Shown here piece by piece: positions 1-9,684 of a stretch of DNA of 64,000 bases; positions within the stretch are counted from its first letter, which is position 1; each line of letters starts with the position of its first letter. The position numbers were made by a program, and so were the translations under genes. The notes under the pieces are model-generated. The model did no database searches. It saw only the letters and a program-made list of their open reading frames with translations, and was not told where the DNA came from. This DNA comes from an uncultured Collinsella sp. (lineage in GTDB: Bacteria; Actinomycetota; Coriobacteriia; Coriobacteriales; Coriobacteriaceae). Location: contig CAAFZX010000014.1 of the NCBI GenBank assembly GCA_900767675.1, positions 269-64,268 of the forward strand. The letters are read 5' to 3'.

Positions 1-1
1 G

Positions 2-118
2 GCGCCGCACGCGCCCAAAGCCGCGATGGCGATCGAACTGTGGGCAGAGAAGCGCGCGCAGCTCGAAAACGGCAAGATCGACGCCGACGAATACGAGGAC
101 TGGAAAGCCTCGCTGTAG
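2..118 (+). CDS. 3' end of a gene entering from outside the window, possibly an XRE-type regulator
   Basis: Frame 2 reads APHAPKAAMAIELWAEKRAQLENGKIDADEYEDWKASL*; the family guess rests only on this C-terminal tail. Confidence 0.5.
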   Translation, partial: APHAPKAAMAIELWAEKRAQLENGKIDADEYEDWKASL

Positions 119-205
119 CGGCTCTCCGCATTTCGCGATCAACGCAACCGAATCAGGACGGTGGACCAGGCGGCGAGCGCCGCTCGGGCCTGCGTAAGCT
201 GAGTT

Positions 206-644
206 TTTACTCCCCATTGCATGCCAAGGCATTTCCGGCGCACCTGGGGAGTAAATGACGCGGTGGCTTACACGGCGGCACGCGGCAGTACGCCGCGGCA
301 TTTCCCCTGGTTACTCCCGTTTTCATTGAGGCGGCGAGATTCTTTACTCCCCATTAACCACCTGGGAAAACGCTGTGAGAAGACCGCCGAAAAGCCTATT
401 GAGTTCGATTTGAGTTTCACAGGCCCCGAAACGGCCCCGTTTGGCTCTCGGAGACAAAAATCGCGCGTCTACTCACTTGGGATGAATCCTTACTCCCGTT
501 CCTCCGAATGCCGCACCGTGCCTTGCCGTCTTGAGACACGGGGGAGTAAATTGCGAAATCGCAGGTGAAAGGGAGTAAAACGACAAAGAAAAAGCCTCCG
601 TCCCAACGCGGGAACGGAGGCTCGGTTATCGTATTTACTCACCA
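206..644. repeat. Cluster of TTTACTCCCCA-like motifs in both orientations
   Basis: TTTACTCCCCA at 206-216 and 343-353; inverse TGGGGAGTAAA 245-255, GGGGAGTAAA 541-550, GGGAGTAAAA 571-580; TTACTCCCGTT 311-321 and 490-500; TTTACTCACCA 634-644. Confidence 0.8.
586..622 (-). terminator. Rho-independent terminator downstream of guaA
   Basis: Stem AGCCTCCGTCCC/GGGAACGGAGGCT, followed by a T-tract on the minus strand. Confidence 0.65.
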
Positions 645-736
645 ACATCGCTGGCGGCTTTGCCATGACTCTCGTACGAAACGAAACTCAGCGGCACAGT
701 GCGGCACTCAAAAATGCAGGTCAGAACCCTATCAGC

Positions 737-2335
737 CTACTCCCACTCGATGGTCGCCGGCGGCTTGGACGTAATGTCGTAGCACACGCGGTTGGCGCCG
801 GGAACCTCGGCCACGATGCGGCCGGAGATGCGGGCCAAGACGTCGTAGGGCAGCTTGGCCCAGTCGGCGGTCATGGCGTCGCTGGACTCGACGGCGCGCA
901 GGATGATCGGGCGCTGATAGGTGCGCTCGTCGCCCATAACGCCAACGGACTTGATGTCGGGCAGGACCGCGAAATACTGCCAGCAGCTGTGCTCGGAGTT
1001 GCGCTCGCCGGTCTGCTCAAACAGACGCTGGTTGTAGGCGTCGAGCTCTTCGCGCACGATAGCGTCGGCGTTCTTGAGGATCTCGAGCTTCTCCTTGTCG
1101 ACCGCACCGATGATGCGGATGGCAAGGCCCGGGCCCGGGAAGGGCTGACGGAACACGATGTGGCCCGGAAGGCCGAGCGCCAGACCAAGCGCGCGGACCT
1201 CGTCCTTAAAGAAGTGGTCGAGCGGCTCGATGAGGTCGAAGTGCACGCCATCGGGGAACGGGATCAGGTTGTGGTGGCTCTTGATGGTGGCCGTCTTGCC
1301 ACCCGTCTTGCGAGCGCCGGACTCGATGATGTCGGGGTAGATGGTGCCCTGGGCCAGGTACTTGACCGGTTTGCCATCGGTCTCAAGCTGCTGTGCCACG
1401 GCGAAGAACTCTTTCCAGAACTGCGTGCCGATAATGCGACGCTTTTCCTCGGGCTCGGTCACACCGGCCAGAAGCTCAGCATAGCGGTCCTCGGCGTGGA
1501 CGTGGATAAAGTCGACGTCAAACTGCTTGGTGAAGACCTCCTCCACCTGCTCGGGCTCGCCCTTGCGCAGCAGACCGTGATTGATGAACACGCAGGTCAT
1601 CTGCTTGCCCACGGCGCGGGCGCCCAGGGCGGCCACGACGGAGGAATCGACGCCGCCGGACAGGGCCAGGATCACGCGGTCGTCGCCGACCTTCTCGCGG
1701 AAGTCCGCCGTCATGGTCTCGGCCAGGTTGTCCATGCTCCAGTTGGGCTCCAGGCCGCAGATCTCAAACAGGAAGTTGCTCAGCAGCTGCTGGCCATACT
1801 CGGAGTGCTTGACCTCGGGATGGAACTGCGTGGTGAAGATCTTGCGCTCGGCGCACTCCATCGCAGCGACCGGGCACACATTGGTGCTGGCGGTAACGGT
1901 AAAGCCCTCGGGGACCTCGGAGACGGCGTCGCGGTGGCTCATCCACACGGTCTGCTCCATAGGCGTGGAGTTAAAGAGCTTGGCGTCGGCCGTGCGCGTG
2001 ATGGTAGCGCGGCCGTACTCGCCCACCTCGGAGTGGCCGACCTTGCCGCCGAGCGTTACGGCCGTGATCTGATGGCCGTAGCAAAAGCCCAGGACGGGAA
2101 GGCCCAGGTCAAAGATGGCGGGATCGATGGTGGGAGCGTCCTCGGCATACACAGAAGCCGGACCGCCGGAAAGGATGAGCGCGGAGGCGTTCATCTCGCG
2201 AATCTCGTCGGCCGAAATGTCGCAGGGGACAATCTCGGAATACACGTTGAGGTCGCGGACGCGACGGGCAATGAGCTGACCGTACTGCGCACCAAAGTCG
2301 AGTACGAGGACCTTTGCGGAAGCATTTTGATCCAT
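737..2335 (-). CDS. guaA: GMP synthase (glutamine-hydrolysing)
   Basis: LDFGAQYGQLIARR, GFCYGHQ, QFHPEV, LSGGVDSSV, C-terminal KPPATIEWE; start set at MDQNASAK after a GAGGGGG RBS. Confidence 0.97.
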   Translation of the reverse strand: MDQNASAKVLVLDFGAQYGQLIARRVRDLNVYSEIVPCDISADEIREMNASALILSGGPASVYAEDAPTIDPAIFDLGLPVLGFCYGHQITAVTLGGKVGHSEVGEYGRATITRTADAKLFNSTPMEQTVWMSHRDAVSEVPEGFTVTASTNVCPVAAMECAERKIFTTQFHPEVKHSEYGQQLLSNFLFEICGLEPNWSMDNLAETMTADFREKVGDDRVILALSGGVDSSVVAALGARAVGKQMTCVFINHGLLRKGEPEQVEEVFTKQFDVDFIHVHAEDRYAELLAGVTEPEEKRRIIGTQFWKEFFAVAQQLETDGKPVKYLAQGTIYPDIIESGARKTGGKTATIKSHHNLIPFPDGVHFDLIEPLDHFFKDEVRALGLALGLPGHIVFRQPFPGPGLAIRIIGAVDKEKLEILKNADAIVREELDAYNQRLFEQTGERNSEHSCWQYFAVLPDIKSVGVMGDERTYQRPIILRAVESSDAMTADWAKLPYDVLARISGRIVAEVPGANRVCYDITSKPPATIEWE

Positions 2336-2603
2336 GGTTTCCCCCTCTTGTTGGCGGGGAGCCGGTGCCCGCCCGCGCGAATGAACGAAAATAGCTTTCA
2401 TAGTGTACACGTTATATGGGGTTTCTCGTCCCTCGCAGCCATCAGCGCACGGCAAACGCACGACCTGGGCCCTTATTTGACGGCAATTGAAGTGTTACCA
2501 ATCGTCACAGATGATGTAATACGTTTGAACATTCGGCACCGTGTGCCACAATACTGCCGAACGACTCCGCCTCTGTGGTGGCAAATACGATAGGAATACC
2601 AGC

Positions 2604-3617
2604 ATGAAGCGCATTCTTCTCATCGCCACGGGCGGCACCATCGCATCGACCGAGGACGGCAACGGCCTCTCCCCCGCCCTGACCGGTGAGGAGCTCGCCC
2701 AAAGTGTCCCCGAGATCTCGGGGCTCTGCGAGCTCGACGTCGTGCAGCCCATGAACATCGACAGCACCAATATGCGCCCCAGTGACTGGATGCGTATCCG
2801 CGACGTAATCGTCGAAGGCTATGCCGATCACGACGGCTTTGTGGTCCTGCACGGCACGGACACCATGAGCTATACCGCGGCAGCGCTTTCCTATCTGATT
2901 CAGGACAGCCCCAAGCCCATCGTGCTCACCGGTTCGCAAAAGCCCATGGGCAACCCCTTTACCGACGCCAAGCTCAATCTGTACCAGAGCCTGCTCTATG
3001 CGCTCGACGAGCACTCGCACGACGTCTCGATCGTGTTTGGCGGCGTGGCCATTGCCGGCACGCGCGCCCGCAAGCAGCGCACCATGAGCTTTAACGCGTT
3101 CATTAGCGTCAACTATCCGCCCATTGCCTACATCCGCAACGACCGCATCGTGCGCAACGGGCTTCATGGCACCCACCAGAATGAGAATCCGGTTCGCTTC
3201 TACGACCACATCGATCCGCGCGTGTTTGTTCTTAAGCTCACGCCCGGCGTGAACCCAAGCATACTGGACGTCCTTGCCGATAGCTACGACGCGGTAATCC
3301 TGGAGACCTTTGGCATTGGCGGTATCCCTGAGTTTGGCGAGTCCGGCGAGTCGTTCCAGGAGGCGATTTTTAACTGGGTCGATTCGGGTCGCACCGTCGT
3401 TATGACTACGCAGGTCCCCGAAGAGGGTCTTGACCTGGGTGTTTATGAGGTCGGGCGTGCCTACGCCGATCATCCGGGCATTTTGCGCGGCGACGATATG
3501 ACCACCGAGACGCTCGTGGCCAAAACCATGTGGGCGCTCGGCCAATCGCGCGATGCCGCCGAGATCCAGCGCCTGTTCTACAGCCAGGTCAACCACGACC
3601 GCATCCCGATGGCGTAA
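2604..3617 (+). CDS. ansA: L-asparaginase type I
   Basis: IATGGTIAS and HGTDTM motifs. Confidence 0.93.
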   Translation: MKRILLIATGGTIASTEDGNGLSPALTGEELAQSVPEISGLCELDVVQPMNIDSTNMRPSDWMRIRDVIVEGYADHDGFVVLHGTDTMSYTAAALSYLIQDSPKPIVLTGSQKPMGNPFTDAKLNLYQSLLYALDEHSHDVSIVFGGVAIAGTRARKQRTMSFNAFISVNYPPIAYIRNDRIVRNGLHGTHQNENPVRFYDHIDPRVFVLKLTPGVNPSILDVLADSYDAVILETFGIGGIPEFGESGESFQEAIFNWVDSGRTVVMTTQVPEEGLDLGVYEVGRAYADHPGILRGDDMTTETLVAKTMWALGQSRDAAEIQRLFYSQVNHDRIPMA

Positions 3618-3639
3618 TTCAGTTGTCGACGGGTATTCC

Positions 3640-3858
3640 CTATTCGATACCCTCGAGAAGCTCTGACACCGTCATGCCGAGTGCAGGCGCGATCTTAAAT
3701 AGAACCTTGAGCGTAAAATTTGCCGTCCCATCTTCGATTCGGTCGAGGTAGGGTCGGCTGATTCCTGCTGCCACACAAAAATCGACCTTAGAGATACCAA
3801 GGTCCCTGCGTGTCTCTTCGACCCGCCTGCCAAGAATCTGTTTCGCGCGTTCGTCCAT
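3640..3858 (-). CDS. XRE-family HTH transcriptional regulator
   Basis: 72 aa, LGRRVEETRRDLGISKVDF...GISRPYLDRIEDGTANFTLKVLFKIAPAL pattern. Confidence 0.85.
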   Translation of the reverse strand: MDERAKQILGRRVEETRRDLGISKVDFCVAAGISRPYLDRIEDGTANFTLKVLFKIAPALGMTVSELLEGIE

Positions 3859-3887
3859 GCAGACGAGTTTGAAATGGAGCCGAACAT

Positions 3888-3911
3888 AAACGTAAACTAT
3901 AGTTTACGTTT
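3888..3911. promoter_or_regulatory. Perfect 24-bp palindromic operator candidate
   Basis: AAACGTAAACTATAGTTTACGTTT between the divergent XRE gene and the gene at 3935. Confidence 0.7.
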
Positions 3912-3934
3912 TGCCGAATACACAGGAGTTTTCT

Positions 3935-4324
3935 ATGTCGGGTTCTTCGGTCCGCATGTACCGAGCCACGCTTCGCACAAACAGCGCACCGCCCAAGCTC
4001 GTCGTCGTTGAAGCTGAATGCCTTTCGCCCGATGAGCGCACAGCATTTGCATTGCTATCAAGTCGCGTCGCCGCCGTTCTGGTCCCTTGCCCGGCGCAAG
4101 GTGAACTTGCCATCCAATGCCAAACGCATAGCTGCTCACTCAATCAGGCTGCCGTAATCGCAACCAGTCAACGCGGCCTGCCGCTCCTTTTAGAAGCCGG
4201 CATTGCACTCGCCCTTCGCGGCGCCGGATACGAAAACGAGGCCGCCGCCGACATGGTCTTTAAACCACGATCGAGCGGCGGCCTCGCAGCAGCCATTGAA
4301 TATGTGTGCAGACTCGTTGCCTAA
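3935..4324 (+). CDS. Hypothetical protein, degenerate HAD-like fold
   Basis: AGGAG RBS before ATG; C-terminus AADMVFKPRSSGGLAAAIE resembles HAD/KdsC tails; no DxD or GD motifs. Confidence 0.6.
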   Translation: MSGSSVRMYRATLRTNSAPPKLVVVEAECLSPDERTAFALLSSRVAAVLVPCPAQGELAIQCQTHSCSLNQAAVIATSQRGLPLLLEAGIALALRGAGYENEAAADMVFKPRSSGGLAAAIEYVCRLVA

Positions 4325-4333
4325 AAGGACAAG

Positions 4334-4717
4334 CTAGAAACCAAAGCCAAAGCCCGTTCCGGTAATCGCCGAGTACATAAAGTAAACGTTGATCACGTTG
4401 AGGAACACGCCTGTGATGCAGCCGTTGCGCAGGTAGCGCTCGCACACGATGCGCGCCATGGCAGCGGAGTCATCATTGTTTTTAGCCTGGCGTCCCGCCG
4501 TAAAGTACGTCGCCACGCCCAGTAGCAGGTTGAGCACCGGCAGCGCCAGCAGCTCGTAGCTCTTGCCCCAGCGCGTCACCTCGCCGGCTGCGTTAAACTT
4601 CGTTGCCACCTCGGGACCAATGTTGGGGATAACAAACGCTGCGACTACCAGCGGAAGTACCGCAAGCACCAGCAGCGCGATGCCCATGTAGCCGGCTTTT
4701 TTACCATATTTAAACAT
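4334..4717 (-). CDS. Small membrane protein, DUF1648/SdpI-like
   Basis: Three hydrophobic segments; PEVATKFNAAGEVTRWGKS matches the DUF1648 pattern. Confidence 0.75.
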   Translation of the reverse strand: MFKYGKKAGYMGIALLVLAVLPLVVAAFVIPNIGPEVATKFNAAGEVTRWGKSYELLALPVLNLLLGVATYFTAGRQAKNNDDSAAMARIVCERYLRNGCITGVFLNVINVYFMYSAITGTGFGFGF

Positions 4718-4728
4718 GCGTGCCGTCC

Positions 4729-5805
4729 TTACACGTTAAAGCGGAAGTGCACGACGTCGCCATCGGCCATGACATACTCTTTACCCTCGATGCGCAGCTT
4801 GCCGGCAGCCTTGGCGCCCTGCTCGCCACCGAGCTCGATGTAGTCGTCGTAGCCAATGACCTCGGCCTTAATAAAGCCGCGCTCAAAGTCGGTGTGGATG
4901 ACACCGGCGGCCTGCGGAGCGGTCGCGCCCTGGCGTACCGTCCAAGCCTTGACCTCCATCTCGCCAGCCGTAAAGAACGACTGCAGGCCAAGCAGCTTAT
5001 AAGCCGCCTGGGCGAGCACGTCCAGGCCGGGCTGCTCCAGGCCCAGGCTCTCCAGGTAATCGGCGGCATCCTCGGGATCGAGCTCGGAAAGCTCGGCCTC
5101 GATCTTGGCGCAGATGGGCAGCGGCTTGACGCCATCGATGGGCGCAAGGTCGTCGTTGAGCATATCCTCGTCCACGTTGGCCACATACAGGATGGGCTTC
5201 ATGGTGAGCAGGAACAGGCCCTTGGCGGCGGTACGCTCCTCGTCAGTCATCTCCATGGACGCGGCGCGCTTGCCCTCGTTGAGCCAGGCGAGCAGGCGGC
5301 AGGCGACCTCGAACTTAGGCATGAGCTCCTTGTCGCGCTTGGCCTCCTTCTCGAGCTTGGGCAGCTGCTTCTCGAGCGTGCCCATATCGGCCAGGATGAG
5401 CTCGGTCATGATGGTGTCGGCGTCCCCTGCGGGATCGACGAACTCACCCGTGCGGCCCACCTCGCGCATGACGTTGGGGTCCTTAAAGTAGCGCACGACC
5501 TCGCAGATGGCGTCGGTCTCGCGGATGTTTGCCAAAAACTGGTTGCCTAGGCCCTCGCCCTCGTTGGCGCCCTTCACCAGGCCGGCGATGTCGACAAACT
5601 CGACGGTCGCGGGCACAATGCGGCCCGGGTTGACGATGTCGGCAAGCTTTTGCAAGCGGCTATCGGGCACGTCGACGATGCCCACATTGGGGTCGATCGT
5701 GGCGAACGGGTAGTTGGCGGCAAGGCCGGTCTTTTTGGTAAGCGCGGTGAACAGCGTCGACTTGCCTACGTTGGGCAGGCCCACGATACCGATGGAAAGG
5801 GACAC
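4729..5805 (-). CDS. ychF: Redox-regulated ATPase YchF
   Basis: [36 protein letters not shown] start after AAGGAG. Confidence 0.96.
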   Translation of the reverse strand: MSLSIGIVGLPNVGKSTLFTALTKKTGLAANYPFATIDPNVGIVDVPDSRLQKLADIVNPGRIVPATVEFVDIAGLVKGANEGEGLGNQFLANIRETDAICEVVRYFKDPNVMREVGRTGEFVDPAGDADTIMTELILADMGTLEKQLPKLEKEAKRDKELMPKFEVACRLLAWLNEGKRAASMEMTDEERTAAKGLFLLTMKPILYVANVDEDMLNDDLAPIDGVKPLPICAKIEAELSELDPEDAADYLESLGLEQPGLDVLAQAAYKLLGLQSFFTAGEMEVKAWTVRQGATAPQAAGVIHTDFERGFIKAEVIGYDDYIELGGEQGAKAAGKLRIEGKEYVMADGDVVHFRFNV

Positions 5806-5919
5806 GACAGCTCCTTTTGGTACAGATATTTCAAACTGCATAAGTATAGCGCCGCCGTGGCATCCGGGCGAATCCGGACGCCACGGCGGCGCAAATGAAG
5901 CAAAGATTGGGGTCGCTGA

Positions 5920-7173
5920 CTAGTCCGCGAGCTTTTCTACCTGATCGAGCATCTTGTCGAGCTTGGCCTTTGCCTCGGCCTTGACCTTCTCAGCTTCTTC
6001 GTGAGCCTTCGCCTTCTGGGCGGCCTTTTCCTCGGCTTCGGGATCGACGACAACCAGATTGGACGCGTCGTGCTCAACCAACTTGAGCGCATGCTCAGGG
6101 CACACCTTGACGCAGGCGCCGCAGCCCAAACAATACGTGGACTCCAACGCAAAGCGGCCGCTTCCCACCAAATCGCAGGCGAACGTAGGACATACATTGA
6201 CACACTCGCCACACGACGTGCACTTGTCAAAATCACACTCAGGCGTGCTCACCTGCATGTTCTGGGCAAGCTCGGGGTGGTTTTGCAATGTCGAGAGGAC
6301 CAGCTGGCGACCGTGCGTGAGCGTACGGCGACGCTTTGCCGTCGTGGTGCCGCACATGGTGTTGAGCGTACGCTCGAGCTGGGTAATCTGGTGGCGGTGG
6401 GCCTTGAGCTTCTGCGTCACCGAGGCCAGCGCCGCCGTTGCCGGGTTGAGCTTGGTCACGGTAAGGCCCGTGGTGCGGGCGATTTTTTCCATGTACTCCT
6501 TGCGCTCGTACTCGCGGCGCTTATGGCACTTGAGGCTCTTGGGATCGACCTCCAGACCCATGCCCGCGCCCGCCCACTCCTCGGCGGTAGCAATGGCCTC
6601 GCCCAGAATGTCCTCGCCACCGGTGTTACGGCACTTATCGCACACGCCCAGCGGCAGGTACACGCTCACGTTGGGATAGTCGGCCAGCACCGAGAACCAG
6701 GTCTCGGCCGTAATATCGCCCACGCAGGCAACGACGACCTCGTTCTCGCGCGGCATGCGCTTAAGAGCGCGCGTGCAGGTAACGTAGGCGGTCTCGTGGC
6801 TCGTAGCAGCAGAGACGATATCGTCATACAGGTTTTTGGGCGCCAAGCGCGGCGAGATGATCGCCTCGGTCGGACAGGCAGCGGCGCACAGGCCGCACTT
6901 GCGACAGGAGTCGAGAATCTCGATGGCGTCTTCCTCGACCTCGATGGCGTTGACCGGGCACACGTCCATGCACGCGGTGCAGCCGCTCTTTTCGTTTTTG
7001 CAGGTCAAACACGGAATGGTGTTGCCGCGCGGACGCTCCTTGTAGTCGGCAGGATTCCACTGCGGCGCCGACGGATCGAGTGCATCGGTCACGCCGCCAA
7101 GCGGGTTTTTAAGAAAGTCGAAACCCTTGCTGATCTCGATAATGTCATCAAACAGATCGTGTTCCTGCGCCAT
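5920..7173 (-). CDS. 4Fe-4S dicluster (polyferredoxin-like) protein
   Basis: Four CxxCxxCxxxCP-type motifs, two N-terminal and two C-terminal. Confidence 0.88.
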   Translation of the reverse strand: MAQEHDLFDDIIEISKGFDFLKNPLGGVTDALDPSAPQWNPADYKERPRGNTIPCLTCKNEKSGCTACMDVCPVNAIEVEEDAIEILDSCRKCGLCAAACPTEAIISPRLAPKNLYDDIVSAATSHETAYVTCTRALKRMPRENEVVVACVGDITAETWFSVLADYPNVSVYLPLGVCDKCRNTGGEDILGEAIATAEEWAGAGMGLEVDPKSLKCHKRREYERKEYMEKIARTTGLTVTKLNPATAALASVTQKLKAHRHQITQLERTLNTMCGTTTAKRRRTLTHGRQLVLSTLQNHPELAQNMQVSTPECDFDKCTSCGECVNVCPTFACDLVGSGRFALESTYCLGCGACVKVCPEHALKLVEHDASNLVVVDPEAEEKAAQKAKAHEEAEKVKAEAKAKLDKMLDQVEKLAD

Positions 7174-7324
7174 GCGCGGCCCCTCCCTGAGCAGTGCAAA
7201 CAAGCAAGAGATAATGATACGCCATCGGCCCACGCCTCGGGCAAATTACACGCGGAGCATCTTTGCGGCAAATAGCCCATGGCCTATCGCCGCCCCGATT
7301 GCACAAGGTCGATCAAGCGCCAAA

Positions 7325-8392
7325 CTATGCCTCGCACATGAGCTGCACGAGCTTATGTTTGGTCACCTTGGCCTGCTCGTTGGCCATATTACGCTCGTTT
7401 CTAAAGGCCGCATTTGCAACACCCTGCAGGTCGGCATCGGAAATCTCGCCAAGGCCCAGCTCCTCGAGCGTCGTCGGCAGACCAACGCGCTGGCAAAACT
7501 CGAGCACCTGATCAAGCTCGGGCGCACGCTCCAGGCGCAGCTGCACCACTAGGCCAAATGCCACGGCTTCACCATGCATGGCCTTGCACTCGGGCAAAAT
7601 CGTCAGGCCGTTGGCGATGGCATGCGCCAGCGCCAAACCACCGCTCTCAAAGCCAACACCCGAAAGCAGAATATTGCACTCGATCAGGCGCTCAACCGCC
7701 GGCGATGTACGCCCCTTTTTGAGATCGCGCTTGGCAGCGACACCGCACTCCATAAGTGTGTCGTAGCAGGCACGAGCCGCAACCAGGGCCAAGTGTCCCG
7801 GCGCGCCACCGTGCTCGTTGGCGCCCCGTGCCGCAACGCACGAACGCGCCTCGAAGTACGTTGCCAGCGCATCGCCCATACCGGCGACCGTCATACGCAG
7901 TGGTGCCGCCGCGACCACGTTGGTATCGACCACGACCAGGTCCGGATTCTTCTCGAGCATCAAGTAGCGGTCGAACGACCCATCCTCGTGATACAGCACC
8001 GAAATCGCACTGCACGGACCGTCCATCGACGCCGCCGTGGGGCATACGCACAACGGCAACTCGGCATAAAACGCAACGGCCTTGGCGATATCGAGCATCT
8101 TGCCACCGCCAATACCCACCACCATGTCGCAATACTCGGCCTGGGCTTCCTGAGCCATTCCGACAACGGCCTCTTCCGTACACGGACCGTTATAAATCTT
8201 AAAGAACGGCTCGCTTAGATCTTCGTCCAGAAATCCATCGACGATCTGCCTGCACAGCCGATCCTCGGTGCCCTGGTCAAACAAGACATAGGCAGCGCAG
8301 CCCAACCATGACAAATACCTGCCCTGACGCGAAAGTTCGCCCGGCCCCTGAACATACCGGCCGGGACCGCCATATACCATGGGAAGCGCCAT
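7325..8392 (-). CDS. gldA: Glycerol dehydrogenase family protein (paralog 2)
   Basis: GIGGGKMLDIAKA, GMGDALAT, GLALAHAIANG, HGEAVAFG. Confidence 0.85.
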   Translation of the reverse strand: MALPMVYGGPGRYVQGPGELSRQGRYLSWLGCAAYVLFDQGTEDRLCRQIVDGFLDEDLSEPFFKIYNGPCTEEAVVGMAQEAQAEYCDMVVGIGGGKMLDIAKAVAFYAELPLCVCPTAASMDGPCSAISVLYHEDGSFDRYLMLEKNPDLVVVDTNVVAAAPLRMTVAGMGDALATYFEARSCVAARGANEHGGAPGHLALVAARACYDTLMECGVAAKRDLKKGRTSPAVERLIECNILLSGVGFESGGLALAHAIANGLTILPECKAMHGEAVAFGLVVQLRLERAPELDQVLEFCQRVGLPTTLEELGLGEISDADLQGVANAAFRNERNMANEQAKVTKHKLVQLMCEA

Positions 8393-8460
8393 ACGAGAAT
8401 CCGCCCTTCATCAAACAACGATTGGTGCAAAGTAACCTTGCCCCTTTGCACCATAGCAAA

Positions 8461-8493
8461 AAGGGGCAAAGCCATCTGTTGGCTTTGCCCCTT
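8461..8493 (-). terminator. Terminator hairpin after the upstream gldA
   Basis: AAGGGGCAAAGCCA/TGGCTTTGCCCCTT stem with adjacent A-tract on the plus strand. Confidence 0.65.
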
Positions 8494-8505
8494 CCTTAGC
8501 TTGAT

Positions 8506-9606
8506 TTACTCATCCATGAGATAGTAGTGGCCCAGCGCGTCGGCACCCAGGATGGCGTTTGCGACCATCTCGGGCGTCACCTCAAACGGCATGTTGCACA
8601 TGGTGTCCTCGGGCGCGCAAGCGGCCTCGGCAACGACCATGGCCTGCTCGCGCGTAACCTCGGCAACGCCAAGCTCCTTCATCGTGACCGGCAGGCCCAG
8701 CTCAATGCAGAAGCCCAAGACTTCCTCGAGTTTCTCAGTCGGAGCATCCTCGAGTACCAGCTGGACGATGGTGCCAAAGGCGACCTTCTCGCCGTGATAC
8801 ATGCCGTGGCACTCGGGCAGCATCGTCAGGCCATTGTGGATGGCATGAGCAGCAGCAAGGCCCGAGCTCTCAAAGCCAATGCCCGAAAGCAGCGTATTGG
8901 CCTCGATGATATGCTCGACGGCAGGCGTGAGTGCGCCCTTCTCCAGCGCGACCTTGGCCTTGACGCCATCAGCCATAAGCGTCTCGTAGCAGAGCTTGGC
9001 GAGCGCTAGGCCAGCCATACCGCCCTTGCCGCCGGCGCAAGTGCCACCGTCGGCATCATGCGTCGCCTGGGCCTCAAAGTAGGTTGCGAGTGCATCGCCC
9101 ATACCAGAAACCGTCAGGCGCACCGGGCTCGCCGCGATAACCGTCGTATCCATCAGGACAATGTTGGGGTTTGCCTTAAGGAAGAGATATTTATCGAACT
9201 GGCCATCGTCGGTATAGAGCACCGAAAGTGCCGAGCACGGCGCATCGGTCGAGGCGATGGTGGGGCAAATGATAACCGGAGACCCCAAGTAGTAGGCGAC
9301 AGCCTTAGCGGTATCGAGGATCTTGCCGCCACCGACGCCGACGATGATGTCGCAACCGTTGTCGCGCGCGAGCGCCACCAAACGGTCGACCTCGCCCTTG
9401 GAGCACTCGCCGTTAAAGTCCTCAAACAGCAGCTCGGCCTTAGCCTCGGCAAAACCGCCCTCGATCTTGGCACCGACGCGCTTCTTGCCCGAAGGCGTCA
9501 CGATGACGAGGGCCTTAGCGCCGAGCGGCTCGACATAGGAGCCGAGCTTGGCGAGCTCGTCCGGACCCTGGATGTACTTGCTGGGGCTATTGAAAATTGC
9601 AGCCAT
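8506..9606 (-). CDS. gldA: Glycerol dehydrogenase
   Basis: SPSKYIQG, GVGGGKILDTAKA, ASTDAPCSALSV, AAHAIHNG, HGEKVAFG. Confidence 0.92.
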   Translation of the reverse strand: MAAIFNSPSKYIQGPDELAKLGSYVEPLGAKALVIVTPSGKKRVGAKIEGGFAEAKAELLFEDFNGECSKGEVDRLVALARDNGCDIIVGVGGGKILDTAKAVAYYLGSPVIICPTIASTDAPCSALSVLYTDDGQFDKYLFLKANPNIVLMDTTVIAASPVRLTVSGMGDALATYFEAQATHDADGGTCAGGKGGMAGLALAKLCYETLMADGVKAKVALEKGALTPAVEHIIEANTLLSGIGFESSGLAAAHAIHNGLTMLPECHGMYHGEKVAFGTIVQLVLEDAPTEKLEEVLGFCIELGLPVTMKELGVAEVTREQAMVVAEAACAPEDTMCNMPFEVTPEMVANAILGADALGHYYLMDE

Positions 9607-9623
9607 AACTATCCCATTCTCTA

Positions 9624-9664
9624 AAAAAGAAAGGGGCTCCGTACAGATACGTGCGGAGCCCCTC
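9624..9664 (-). terminator. Terminator after the Fe-ADH gene
   Basis: AGGGGCTCCGTAC/GTGCGGAGCCCCT stem with T-tract on the minus strand. Confidence 0.65.
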
Positions 9665-9684
9665 GTTACGATAACAAGAGTCGA

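Noticed and set aside
2340..2600. Possible purine riboswitch upstream of guaA
   Set aside because: No purine aptamer core recognised
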